Assembly: GCA_038257425.1 (NCBI GenBank)
Contig: JBBSJI010000002.1
Coordinates: 9,940 to 73,939, forward strand
Origin: Chitinophagales bacterium
GTDB lineage: Bacteria > Bacteroidota > Bacteroidia > Chitinophagales > Chitinophagaceae
DNA length: 64,000 nucleotides
Direction: 5' to 3'
Shown piece after piece: positions 46,619 through 55,076 of this stretch (position 1 is its first letter; each line of letters begins with the position of its first letter). The notes under the pieces were generated by a model. That model made no database searches, had not been told where the DNA came from, and saw nothing but the letters and a program-made list of their open reading frames with translations. The translations under genes were made by a program, and so were the position numbers.

Positions 46619-48082
46619 TTAAATGATCTTTTCCATCACCAGTTTCTTTACTTCACTTAGTGCAATCCTTTCCTGCATCATGGTATCCCTGTATCGTATC
46701 GTAACCGTATTGTCTTCTTTGGTTTGATGATCTATAGTTACACAGAAAGGAGTACCAATAGCATCCATCCTTCTGTACCTTTTACCAATCGCATCTTTCT
46801 CTTCATAAAAACACATAAAGCTGCTCTTGCAATCATCCATCAGTTCATTTGCGATTTCTGGCAGGCCATCTTTTTTTAATAAAGGAAGAATAGCCAGTTT
46901 GGTAGGCGCAATCTTTGCAGGTATTTTTAAAACCACACGGCTGTCTTCGGTTCCATCTTCTTTCAGCCATTTCTCTTCTTTATATGTCAGGCTGATGATG
47001 GTTAAGAAAAGCCTGTCTAAACCAACGGAAGTTTCTACAACAAACGGTGTATAGTTTCCGTAAGGCTTATTGGTAGCAGGATCTACATCATTATCAAAAT
47101 ACTGTATTTTCTTTTTGCTGAATTCCTGGTGTTGCTTCAAATCAAAGTCGGTACGACTGTGAATACCTTCCAGCTCTTTCCAGCCAAAGGGAAATTCAAA
47201 TTCAATATCCAAAGCTGCATCGGCGTAATGGGCAAGTTTAACATGATCATGATAGCGTAATTTTTCAGCAGGTATGCCCAAACTCTCATGCCATTTCTTT
47301 CTTTCGGCTTTCCAGAAATTATACCATTCCATTTGAGTACCGGGGCGAACAAAGAACTGCATTTCCATCTGCTCAAATTCACGCATTCGGAAAATAAATT
47401 GCCTTGCAACAATTTCGTTACGGAAAGCCTTGCCGGTTTGTGCAATACCAAAAGGTATTTTCATACGGCCGGTTTTTTGTACGTTTAAAAAATTTACGAA
47501 AATACCTTGTGCAGTTTCGGGCCTTAAATAAATGGTATCACTTTCTTCGGCCACGCTGCCTATCTGTGTACTGAACATGAGGTTGAATTCTCTAACATCT
47601 GTCCAGTTGCATGTTTTGCTGATGGCACATTTGATCTTATTGTTTTCAATCAGCTTTTTTATTCCTGTATAATCATTTGCAGCCAGCAATGAATCCATCG
47701 AGGCTAAAAGCTCCTTTGCCAATTGCTCATTGCCAATTGCCAATTGCTCTTCAGCATAGCCTTCGATCAAATGATCAATCCTATACCTTTTATTACTGTC
47801 TTTATTATCAATCATCGGGTCGCTGAAATTATCAACGTGGCCGCTGGCCTTCCAGGTGGTTGGGTGCATGAAGATAGCAGCATCAATACCCACAATATTA
47901 TCATGCATCTGGGTCATACTTTTCCACCAGTAATCACGGATGTTCTTTTTTAACTGGGCGCCATTCTGTCCATAGTCGTACACCGCCGCCAGGCCATCAT
48001 ATATTTCGGATGACTGAAAAATGTAACCGTATTCCTTACAATGAGAGATCAGCTCTTGGAAATTATTTGCTTCGTTTGCCAT
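46619..48082 (-). CDS. glyQS: glycine--tRNA ligase (homodimeric class II type)
   Basis: 487 aa from MANEANNFQELISHCKEYGYIFQSSEIYDG. Has class II motifs (FRNE, GLDRL) and a C-terminal anticodon-binding domain. Confidence 0.95.
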   Translation of the reverse strand: MANEANNFQELISHCKEYGYIFQSSEIYDGLAAVYDYGQNGAQLKKNIRDYWWKSMTQMHDNIVGIDAAIFMHPTTWKASGHVDNFSDPMIDNKDSNKRYRIDHLIEGYAEEQLAIGNEQLAKELLASMDSLLAANDYTGIKKLIENNKIKCAISKTCNWTDVREFNLMFSTQIGSVAEESDTIYLRPETAQGIFVNFLNVQKTGRMKIPFGIAQTGKAFRNEIVARQFIFRMREFEQMEMQFFVRPGTQMEWYNFWKAERKKWHESLGIPAEKLRYHDHVKLAHYADAALDIEFEFPFGWKELEGIHSRTDFDLKQHQEFSKKKIQYFDNDVDPATNKPYGNYTPFVVETSVGLDRLFLTIISLTYKEEKWLKEDGTEDSRVVLKIPAKIAPTKLAILPLLKKDGLPEIANELMDDCKSSFMCFYEEKDAIGKRYRRMDAIGTPFCVTIDHQTKEDNTVTIRYRDTMMQERIALSEVKKLVMEKII

Positions 48083-48165
48083 AGGGCGCAAAGGTAAAAA
48101 TAAATGGGTACAGAACATCAGCCTATCTTTGGGCATTACAAACGCTGGAAGTAAAAGCTTTAAAT

Positions 48166-48462
48166 ATGATAACGGACGAAAAAATAAAGCAGGTAAGAAA
48201 ACAGTTGAGGTCTGGTATTCCAGAAGGAGAAATAAAAAATGAATTGATAGAAGCAGGTTATACCGAAGAGGATATAGCTAAGGTTTTTGTTGCACACCGC
48301 CCAGATATGCGAAGCTGGTTTTTAATTTTTGCCATCCTTTTCTTATTGATCGGGATATACAGGGTTATGGTAAATACAAGCATTCTTTTCCTGTTGTTTT
48401 CTGCTGGAATGTTTGCAGCCTATTATTTTGAGGTTAACAGAATAAAAAGATCAGCAAATTAA
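48166..48462 (+). CDS. small membrane protein (2 TM)
   Basis: 98-aa ORF with a soluble N-terminus followed by two hydrophobic helices. Confidence 0.55.
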   Translation: MITDEKIKQVRKQLRSGIPEGEIKNELIEAGYTEEDIAKVFVAHRPDMRSWFLIFAILFLLIGIYRVMVNTSILFLLFSAGMFAAYYFEVNRIKRSAN

Positions 48463-48479
48463 TTTTTATCTGAATCAGG

Positions 48480-49460
48480 CTATGGCGTTGGCTTCGGCGG
48501 TGTATCGGTTGTTGGAATAACTGCTTTTGCTTCAGGTTGATGTTCGATTGGTGTTACTGATTCCACTTCAATTTCCTGCACCCAAACTGCATAGCTGTTT
48601 GGATAAATACGACTGCCGGTATGTGCTGCATATGCATGCGTAAACACTGCACCAAAATATAAGATCATAGCCGAATAATAAACCCAAACCAACATTACAA
48701 TTACAGTGCCTGCTGTTCCATAGGTAGATGACAGTTCACTGTGACCTATATAATACCCGATTAAAAATTTACCTACCATAAAAAGTGCAGCAGTGGTAAA
48801 TGCACCGGCTCTTACATGTTTCCATTTTACACGGGCATCGGGCAGTACTTTAAATATCATTCCAAATAATAAGGAGGTGATAATAAATGTGAGAATAACA
48901 TTAAAAACATAGACCATGATCACCGTGAGCTGAGGAAACACCTGGGTAAGCCGATCAAGGAGTGCATCCATTGCCCCATTAATAAGCAGCGATACAAGTA
49001 ATAAAAATCCAAGGCTTATTACCAAAGAGAAAGAAAGGAGGCGGATTACCAGCATTCTCAGAATGCCCGTTCCTTTTGGTTTTGATTTTAATTTCCAGAT
49101 ATGATTTATCGAGTCCTGTATTTCGCTGAATACACTTGTAGCACCAATTAATAAAGTAATGATGCCGACTATTGTGGCAAAATAGCTGCTCTGTGATAAT
49201 GCTGCACCACGTATAGTTTGCTGTACCTGCAACGCTGCATCATTACCCACTAATCCGGCGATCTGCTCGTATAATGTTCCCTCAATTGCCTCCCTGCCGT
49301 AGAAAATATTACTGACAGAAATTATGATGATCAGCATGGCGGGTAACGAAAAAATGGTATAGTAAGCCAGTGCGGCACTCAGTTTAAGTACCTTATTATC
49401 TATAAAATCAGAAAAGGACTGTTTGGTGATTGACCATATACTTTTTGTCAACTTTTTCAT
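48480..49460 (-). CDS. YihY/BrkB-family membrane protein
   Basis: About 6 TM helices and the family-typical N-terminus (FSDFIDNKVLKLSAALAYYTIFSLPAMLII). I chose the start at 49460; the track ORF extends to 49502 and overlaps the mazG-like gene. Confidence 0.8.
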   Translation of the reverse strand: MKKLTKSIWSITKQSFSDFIDNKVLKLSAALAYYTIFSLPAMLIIIISVSNIFYGREAIEGTLYEQIAGLVGNDAALQVQQTIRGAALSQSSYFATIVGIITLLIGATSVFSEIQDSINHIWKLKSKPKGTGILRMLVIRLLSFSLVISLGFLLLVSLLINGAMDALLDRLTQVFPQLTVIMVYVFNVILTFIITSLLFGMIFKVLPDARVKWKHVRAGAFTTAALFMVGKFLIGYYIGHSELSSTYGTAGTVIVMLVWVYYSAMILYFGAVFTHAYAAHTGSRIYPNSYAVWVQEIEVESVTPIEHQPEAKAVIPTTDTPPKPTP

Positions 49461-49464
49461 TTTA

Positions 49465-49791
49465 TCAATTAAGTTTCTTATTATTTTTATGTCTTTCCCC
49501 ATCTCTTAAATTTTTCTTTTCGAAATTTTTTTCGAGAGCTTCAGTTAAGCTAACGCCGGTTTGATTGGCCAGACAGATCAGTACCCACAAAACATCTGCC
49601 AATTCATCTGCTATATCTGTGCCCTTATCTGATTCTTTAAAAGATTGCTCTCCATATTTTCTAACCATCAGCCTGCTTAGTTCCCCAACTTCTTCCATCA
49701 GTATGCCAAGATTTGTAAGTTCATTAAAATATTTTACACCAACGGTTTTTATCCATTGGTCAATATCTGATTGTGCTTGTTGTATAGTCAT
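49465..49791 (-). CDS. MazG-like nucleotide pyrophosphohydrolase
   Basis: 108 aa with the EExxE...ADxL motif pattern (MEEVGELSR ... ADELADVLWVL). Confidence 0.8.
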   Translation of the reverse strand: MTIQQAQSDIDQWIKTVGVKYFNELTNLGILMEEVGELSRLMVRKYGEQSFKESDKGTDIADELADVLWVLICLANQTGVSLTEALEKNFEKKNLRDGERHKNNKKLN

Positions 49792-49802
49792 GAGATCTGT
49801 TT

Positions 49803-50248
49803 ATTACACTAATTAAAACTAATTACACGGATTATAAAACAATTCTTTTCCAGGTTAAGGAGCGTTCTCCAAAGTTAATAACTAATGCCAGCTTCATTCC
49901 GGAAACAGCTAAATAACTCAATCCTTGTGCTAAATGGACATCTATGATGGCTGCTACTGACTTTACTTCGATAATGATGGAGTCATAGACAACAAAATCA
50001 GCTACATAAGGATTTTGAAGGATCTTATCTTTATATTTTACAGTAAACTTCTTTTCCCTGTTATAATTAATACCTTGTTCAGCAAAATCCATTTCCATGG
50101 CATCTTTATAATTTATTTCCTTTAACCCCATTCCAAGTGTTTTATGTATCTCCATACAAACACCAATAATTCTAAAAGATTCTTCTTTAAATAATAATTC
50201 AGTCATTGCTAAAGCTAAATTGGTGTAATTCGTAAAAATCAGTGTAAT
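49803..50248 (-). mobile_element. candidate cassette: GxxExxY gene bounded by 26-nt inverted repeats
   Basis: The left end ATTACAC-N12-ATTACAC (49803-49828) and the right end GTGTAAT-N12-GTGTAAT (50223-50248) match at 21 of 26 positions as inverted repeats. Outside them only about 15 nt separate dtd from the mazG-like gene. Confidence 0.5.
49832..50206 (-). CDS. GxxExxY protein (PD-(D/E)xK nuclease-fold family)
   Basis: 124 aa from MTELLFKEESF. Contains GLKEINY (GxxExxY) and a D...EVK motif (DFVVYDSIIIEVK). Confidence 0.8.
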   Translation of the reverse strand: MTELLFKEESFRIIGVCMEIHKTLGMGLKEINYKDAMEMDFAEQGINYNREKKFTVKYKDKILQNPYVADFVVYDSIIIEVKSVAAIIDVHLAQGLSYLAVSGMKLALVINFGERSLTWKRIVL

Positions 50249-50252
50249 CCAA

Positions 50253-50705
50253 TCATTCTTTGTTTTTAGTATCAATCACAATAGTAACCGGTCCATCATT
50301 TAAAAGCGATACTTTCATATCTGCACCAAACTCGCCGGTATAAATTTTCTTCCCCAGGTCATTTTCTAATTGATTAATCATTTTTTCATAAAGGGGTATG
50401 GCAATAGCAGGTTTGCTGGCTTTTAGGTAGGATGGCCTGTTCCCTTTTTTTGTAGAAGCATGTAAGGTGAACTGGCTTACCAGTAAAATATCGCCAGCTA
50501 TATCCTTTACAGAAATATTGGGCACCTTGTTCTCGTCATCAAAAATGCGTAGGTTGGCGATCTTATTGCTTAGCCATTCAATATCTTCACTGTTATCCCC
50601 ATCTTCAATACCAATTAATACAAGTAGCCCTGAACCGATCTCAGCTTTAACCATATCATTGATACTAACACTGGCCTGCGAAACTCTTTGAATAACTGCT
50701 CTCAT
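50253..50705 (-). CDS. dtd: D-aminoacyl-tRNA deacylase
   Basis: 150 aa from MRAVIQRVSQASV, with SQFTL and the C-terminal NDGPVT motif. The track ORF extends upstream through a terminator hairpin. Confidence 0.93.
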   Translation of the reverse strand: MRAVIQRVSQASVSINDMVKAEIGSGLLVLIGIEDGDNSEDIEWLSNKIANLRIFDDENKVPNISVKDIAGDILLVSQFTLHASTKKGNRPSYLKASKPAIAIPLYEKMINQLENDLGKKIYTGEFGADMKVSLLNDGPVTIVIDTKNKE

Positions 50706-50731
50706 GTTTACAAATATAGTTTTCAAAGCGT

Positions 50732-50766
50732 AAAAAAATCCCCCGATGCATCGGGGGATTTTTTTT
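50732..50766. terminator. bidirectional terminator hairpin
   Basis: A7-TCCCCCGATG/CATCGGGGGA-T8 perfect palindrome. Confidence 0.65.
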
Positions 50767-50767
50767 G

Positions 50768-50935
50768 TTATTTTTTGTTTGCTACAAGCAATGCTAATGC
50801 CGCAATCGGAAGCGGTATCCACCAGAAATCCTGCAGCTCAGATAAATGACTGGAATCTTTGCCGATAAAATACATTGCAGCTGCTGCAATGATACATACT
50901 ACACCAAGAATGTAGAACAGTGTTTTTTTATTCAT
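50768..50935 (-). CDS. small membrane protein (55 aa)
   Basis: My translation is MNKKTLFYILGVVCIIAAAAMYFIGKDSSHLSELQDFWWIPLPIAALALLVANKK. It has two hydrophobic helices and is followed directly by the terminator. It is below the ORF-track length cutoff. Confidence 0.4.
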   Translation of the reverse strand: MNKKTLFYILGVVCIIAAAAMYFIGKDSSHLSELQDFWWIPLPIAALALLVANKK

Positions 50936-51400
50936 AACAGTTGGTTTTTTATAAATCTACTCATTACTATTTATATATGCAATAGATGCGCTGTTTACTG
51001 TGCATAATCGCATGAAAAGCCTGAAGAGAAAATTAAGTTTTACCAGGCAGCCTCAAAAAAGTTTAAAACACAGTAGATTGCTGGTGAAGTAGCGCTAATA
51101 TTTTTTTTTGGAATGGTATGATAAAGTATAAACTGCCTATAATTTCATTTTCTGCAAAAAGCACTAAAACAGCCTGAAATCAACCCATTGAATCTTTACT
51201 GAAAATTCCAAGAAATTCTGTAAAGAAATTTTAAAAAAAATGGGGAAAAGTAAGCAAAGGCAATACCCGTTTGCATCTGCAAAATTATCCACGTCTTTTT
51301 CCACACGTGTTAATATTTAAAGGTTTGTTTGTTCATGCAATACAAATATTTTCGTTTGCTTAACATTACTTAACCCATCTACCAAAGCTATTAATATATT

Positions 51401-54400
51401 ATGTCAAAGAAATCACAACCTGCAAAAGGACTACAGTTTACACGGCAGTTTACTAAAGATGACGTTAGTCCATTCGATATGTTTGAGTATGACTACCGTA
51501 CTTCCGTAATTAAAAATCCATCAGGCGAAATTGTTTTCCAGATGGATAATGTGGAAGTTCCAAAACAATGGAGCCAGATCGCTACGGATATTCTGGCACA
51601 GAAATATTTCAGGAAAGCAGGCGTACCTAAAGAAGATGGTACAACAGGTAGAGAAACAACTGTTAAACAGGTTGCACATCGTATGGCTCATTGCTGGCGT
51701 GTATGGGGTGAACGTTATGATTATTTTGCAACAGCAAATGATGCACTTATTTTTTATGATGAGTTGGTGTACTCAATTTTAAACCAGGCCTGCGTACCCA
51801 ACAGTCCGCAATGGTTTAACACCGGCCTGCACGAAGTGTATGGCATTACCGGAAAACCACAGGGCCATTATTATGTAGATGCAAAAGACGGCCAGTTAAA
51901 AAAATCGGCTAATGCTTATGAGCGTCCGCAACCTCATGCCTGCTTTATTTTAAGTGTTAATGACGATCTGGTTAATGAAGGTGGCATCATGGATCTTTGG
52001 GTACGGGAAGCAAGAATATTTAAATATGGTAGTGGTGTAGGTACCAACTTCAGCAGCATCCGTGGCGAAGGTGAAAAATTAAGCGGTGGTGGTACATCAA
52101 GCGGCTTAATGAGTTTCTTAAAAATTGGCGACCGTGCCGCAGGTGCTATTAAAAGTGGTGGTACAACAAGAAGGGCAGCCAAAATGGTTTGTCTGGATCT
52201 TGATCACCCCGAAATTGAAAAGTTTATTAATTGGAAAGTTCAGGAAGAAGATAAGGTTGCTGCTTTAATAGCTGCTGGTTATGCCAGCGATTATGAAGGT
52301 GAAGCTTACAGAACAGTAAGTGGACAAAACAGCAACAACTCCATCCGCATACCAAATGAGTTCTTTAAAATTTTGGATGAAGATGGTGAATGGGAACTTA
52401 AAGGCAGAAGTGATGGAAGGGTAATGAAAAAAGTAAAGGCAAAGGAATTATGGGAGCAGATCACTTATGCCGCATGGCGTTGTGCTGATCCCGGCACACA
52501 ATATGATACTACCATCAACGAATGGCATACCTGCCCCGAAGGTGGTCCCATCAGGGCTTCTAACCCCTGTAGTGAATACATGTTCCTGGATAACACGGCC
52601 TGTAATTTAGCCAGTGTTAATCTTCGCCAGTTCTTTGATGAAAGCGATAACAGCTTTAATGTAGCCGGTTTTGAACATACCTGCCGCTTATGGACAGTTG
52701 TTTTAGAAATATCTGTTTTAATGGCGCAGTTCCCGTCAAAAGAAGTTGCTCAATTAAGTTACGATTACAGAACACTTGGATTAGGATTTGCAAACCTGGG
52801 CTCTATGTTAATGGTAAGCGGTATTGCTTACGATAGTGAAGAGGCAAGAGGTATTGCAGGGGCTATTACCGCCATCATGACCGGGGTATCTTATAAAACT
52901 TCAGCAGAGCTTGCAAGCTTTTTAGGCGCATTTGATAAGTACGAAGAAAATAAAGTGCACATGTTACGTGTAATGCGTAACCATCGTGCTGCAGCTTACG
53001 ATGCAGCTGATGCATACGAAGGCATTGAAATAAAACCACAGGGTATCAACGCAAAATATTGTCCTGATTATTTATTGAAAGCCGCCACCAAGGCATGGGA
53101 TGATGCCGTGCAAATGGGAGAGAAGTACGGCTACCGCAATGCACAAACAACCGTAATTGCCCCAACAGGCACTATTGGCCTGGTAATGGATTGCGATACA
53201 ACCGGTGTTGAACCTGATTTTGCCTTGGTGAAATTTAAAAAATTAAGTGGTGGTGGTTATTTCAAGATCATTAACCAGAGTGTGCCACAGGCTTTGCGTA
53301 ATTTAAAATACAGCGAAAAAGAAATTGAAGAAATAGTTGCTTATGCAAAAGGACATGCATCTCTTGATAAATCTCCTTTCATTAATACAAAAACATTAAT
53401 AGAGAAAGGTTTTACACAGGAAGATATAGATAAACTGAATGGAGTATTAGGTGCAGCTTTCGAGATCGGCTTTGTTTTCAATCAATATACCTTGGGTGAA
53501 GCCTGCCTGGAAAGACTTGGATTTAAACCTGAGCAATACCAGGATTTTGGCTGGAGCTTACTGGAAGCTTTAGGATTCAGTGATGAAGAAATTGAAGCAG
53601 CTAATATTTACATCTGCGGTACTATGACGGTTGAAGGCGCTCCTTATTTAAAAGACGAGCATCTTTCAGTATTTGATTGTGCTAACAAATGCGGACAGAT
53701 TGGCGAGCGTTTCATTCATGCACACGGACATATCCGTATGATGGGTGCTGCACAACCTTTCTTAAGTGGCGCCATTTCTAAAACGATCAACCTGCCAAAC
53801 GAAGCCACACAGGATGAAATTGCAGACTCGTACAGGTTAAGCTGGGAGCTGGGTTTAAAAGCCTGTGCTTTATACCGTGACGGTTCTAAATTATCACAAC
53901 CATTAAGCAACAAGAGCGATAAGAAAAAGAAACTTGATGAAGCGATCAGTGAAGAGAATGCAGCAGCATTGGCCGCTGATATTTCTACCATGGTTGATAT
54001 GGGTAAGTTAACTATTGATGACCTGCTGGATGAAATGAACAAGCGTGTGCAGAACAGCGCCGATACAACCTTAAAGCGCCAGCTGGCCATGATCGTTGAA
54101 AGGCGTGCATTACCAGCCAAGCGCAGGGGCTTTACACAAAAAGCAAAAATAAACGGGCAGGCATTGTTCCTGCGTACCGGTGAATATAATGACGGAACCT
54201 TAGGAGAAATATTTATTGATATGGCCAAAGAAGGCGCTACCATGCGTAGTATGCTCAACTGTTTTGCCATAGCTATTTCTATCGGCCTCCAATATGGTGT
54301 GCCTTTAGAGGAGTATGTTGAGAAATTTGTTTTCACCCGTTTTGAGCCAAGCGGTATGGTTGATCATCCGAATATCAAGAGCGCAACATCCATTATTGAT

Positions 54401-54763
54401 TTTATCTTCCGTTCACTGGCCTATGAATATTTAGGTAGAAACGATTTAGTTCATGTATTGGATGCACCCGAAGTACAAAATTTAGGTAACGCAGAGTGGG
54501 ACCAGAATACACCTACCATTGGCGACCGTAAACCTGAGCTGAGTGAAGTGAGGGTGATTGCAGGCGCAACCAATGGTGCAACACAACCGGCCCAGCACCG
54601 CACTGCTCATGTAAAAGCACCGAATGGTATGGATGCCGTAAATGCAGCAGCTAAAAGCATGCAAAGCGATGCACCTGCCTGCAATACATGCGGACATATA
54701 ACAGTACGCAGCGGCACCTGTTACAAATGCCTGAATTGTGGTAATAGTATGGGCTGTAGTTAG
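51401..54763 (+). CDS. nrdJ: adenosylcobalamin-dependent (class II) ribonucleotide reductase
   Basis: 1120 aa with active-site regions NPCSEY and TNFSSIRGEGEKLSGGG. C-terminal Cys-rich tail CNTCGH...CYKCLNCG. Confidence 0.93.
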   Translation: MSKKSQPAKGLQFTRQFTKDDVSPFDMFEYDYRTSVIKNPSGEIVFQMDNVEVPKQWSQIATDILAQKYFRKAGVPKEDGTTGRETTVKQVAHRMAHCWRVWGERYDYFATANDALIFYDELVYSILNQACVPNSPQWFNTGLHEVYGITGKPQGHYYVDAKDGQLKKSANAYERPQPHACFILSVNDDLVNEGGIMDLWVREARIFKYGSGVGTNFSSIRGEGEKLSGGGTSSGLMSFLKIGDRAAGAIKSGGTTRRAAKMVCLDLDHPEIEKFINWKVQEEDKVAALIAAGYASDYEGEAYRTVSGQNSNNSIRIPNEFFKILDEDGEWELKGRSDGRVMKKVKAKELWEQITYAAWRCADPGTQYDTTINEWHTCPEGGPIRASNPCSEYMFLDNTACNLASVNLRQFFDESDNSFNVAGFEHTCRLWTVVLEISVLMAQFPSKEVAQLSYDYRTLGLGFANLGSMLMVSGIAYDSEEARGIAGAITAIMTGVSYKTSAELASFLGAFDKYEENKVHMLRVMRNHRAAAYDAADAYEGIEIKPQGINAKYCPDYLLKAATKAWDDAVQMGEKYGYRNAQTTVIAPTGTIGLVMDCDTTGVEPDFALVKFKKLSGGGYFKIINQSVPQALRNLKYSEKEIEEIVAYAKGHASLDKSPFINTKTLIEKGFTQEDIDKLNGVLGAAFEIGFVFNQYTLGEACLERLGFKPEQYQDFGWSLLEALGFSDEEIEAANIYICGTMTVEGAPYLKDEHLSVFDCANKCGQIGERFIHAHGHIRMMGAAQPFLSGAISKTINLPNEATQDEIADSYRLSWELGLKACALYRDGSKLSQPLSNKSDKKKKLDEAISEENAAALAADISTMVDMGKLTIDDLLDEMNKRVQNSADTTLKRQLAMIVERRALPAKRRGFTQKAKINGQALFLRTGEYNDGTLGEIFIDMAKEGATMRSMLNCFAIAISIGLQYGVPLEEYVEKFVFTRFEPSGMVDHPNIKSATSIIDFIFRSLAYEYLGRNDLVHVLDAPEVQNLGNAEWDQNTPTIGDRKPELSEVRVIAGATNGATQPAQHRTAHVKAPNGMDAVNAAAKSMQSDAPACNTCGHITVRSGTCYKCLNCGNSMGCS

Positions 54764-54791
54764 GCCCCTCTAAATCTCCCCCAAGGGGAGA
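54764..54791 (-). repeat. GC-hairpin unit K (reverse)
   Basis: GCCCCTCTAAA + TCTCCCC-CAA-GGGGAGA, beginning at the base after the nrdJ TAG stop. Confidence 0.8.
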
Positions 54792-54986
54792 CTTGTTAAC
54801 AGTTTGAATAAGCACGAACATAAATTAAACCATCAGTGTAAAAACCGGTGGTTTTTTTGTGGGTCAAATTTTATCTCTTTGGTCATCATCGTTGTAAATA
54901 TGATTTTGTCGTTTTTTTTGTTTTTAAAAAACAATTGCTGAGCATTTTTAGTTCCGTCAGGATATTGTTGTGGGTAGAGACCAGGC

Positions 54987-55028
54987 AAAAGCACAAAGCG
55001 TTCCTTCGGAACGCCTCGTGCTCTTTTT
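54987..55028. terminator. bidirectional terminator between the convergent nrdJ and 790-aa genes
   Basis: AAAAGCAC-AAA-GCGTTC-CTTCG-GAACGC-CTC-GTGCTCTTTTT, nested in an outer GGGTAGA/TCTACCC stem. Confidence 0.55.
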
Positions 55029-55076
55029 GGGTTTATTCTACCCATGAAATGTTCCTACGGAATAAGTGCAAGAGAT

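Noticed and set aside
50706-50822. Upstream extension of dtd to 50822, with similar extensions for glyQS (to 48136), the GltD-like gene (to 46508), the GxxExxY gene (to 50275) and ppdK (from 37197).
   Set aside because: The extensions lack homology-like sequence. The dtd extension crosses a strong terminator hairpin. Internal ATGs give canonical N-termini (MRAVIQRV, MANEANNF and others).
50936-51400. The long (465 nt) leader upstream of nrdJ as a possible cobalamin riboswitch or NrdR-box region. The 7461-7640 leader of the receptor gene was also considered as a B12 riboswitch.
   Set aside because: I could not find the conserved B12-box-type GC-rich core or paired NrdR boxes by eye. Both regions are AT-rich without obvious multi-stem structure. 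A covariance-model scan (Rfam RF00174) would be needed to settle this.
54960-55076. The segment translating as ...FLRNA...FLRNK resembles repeat-derived pseudo-peptides seen in other Bacteroidota genomes.
   Set aside because: There is only one copy in this window, so repetitiveness cannot be shown. It is adequately explained as a bidirectional terminator between convergent genes.
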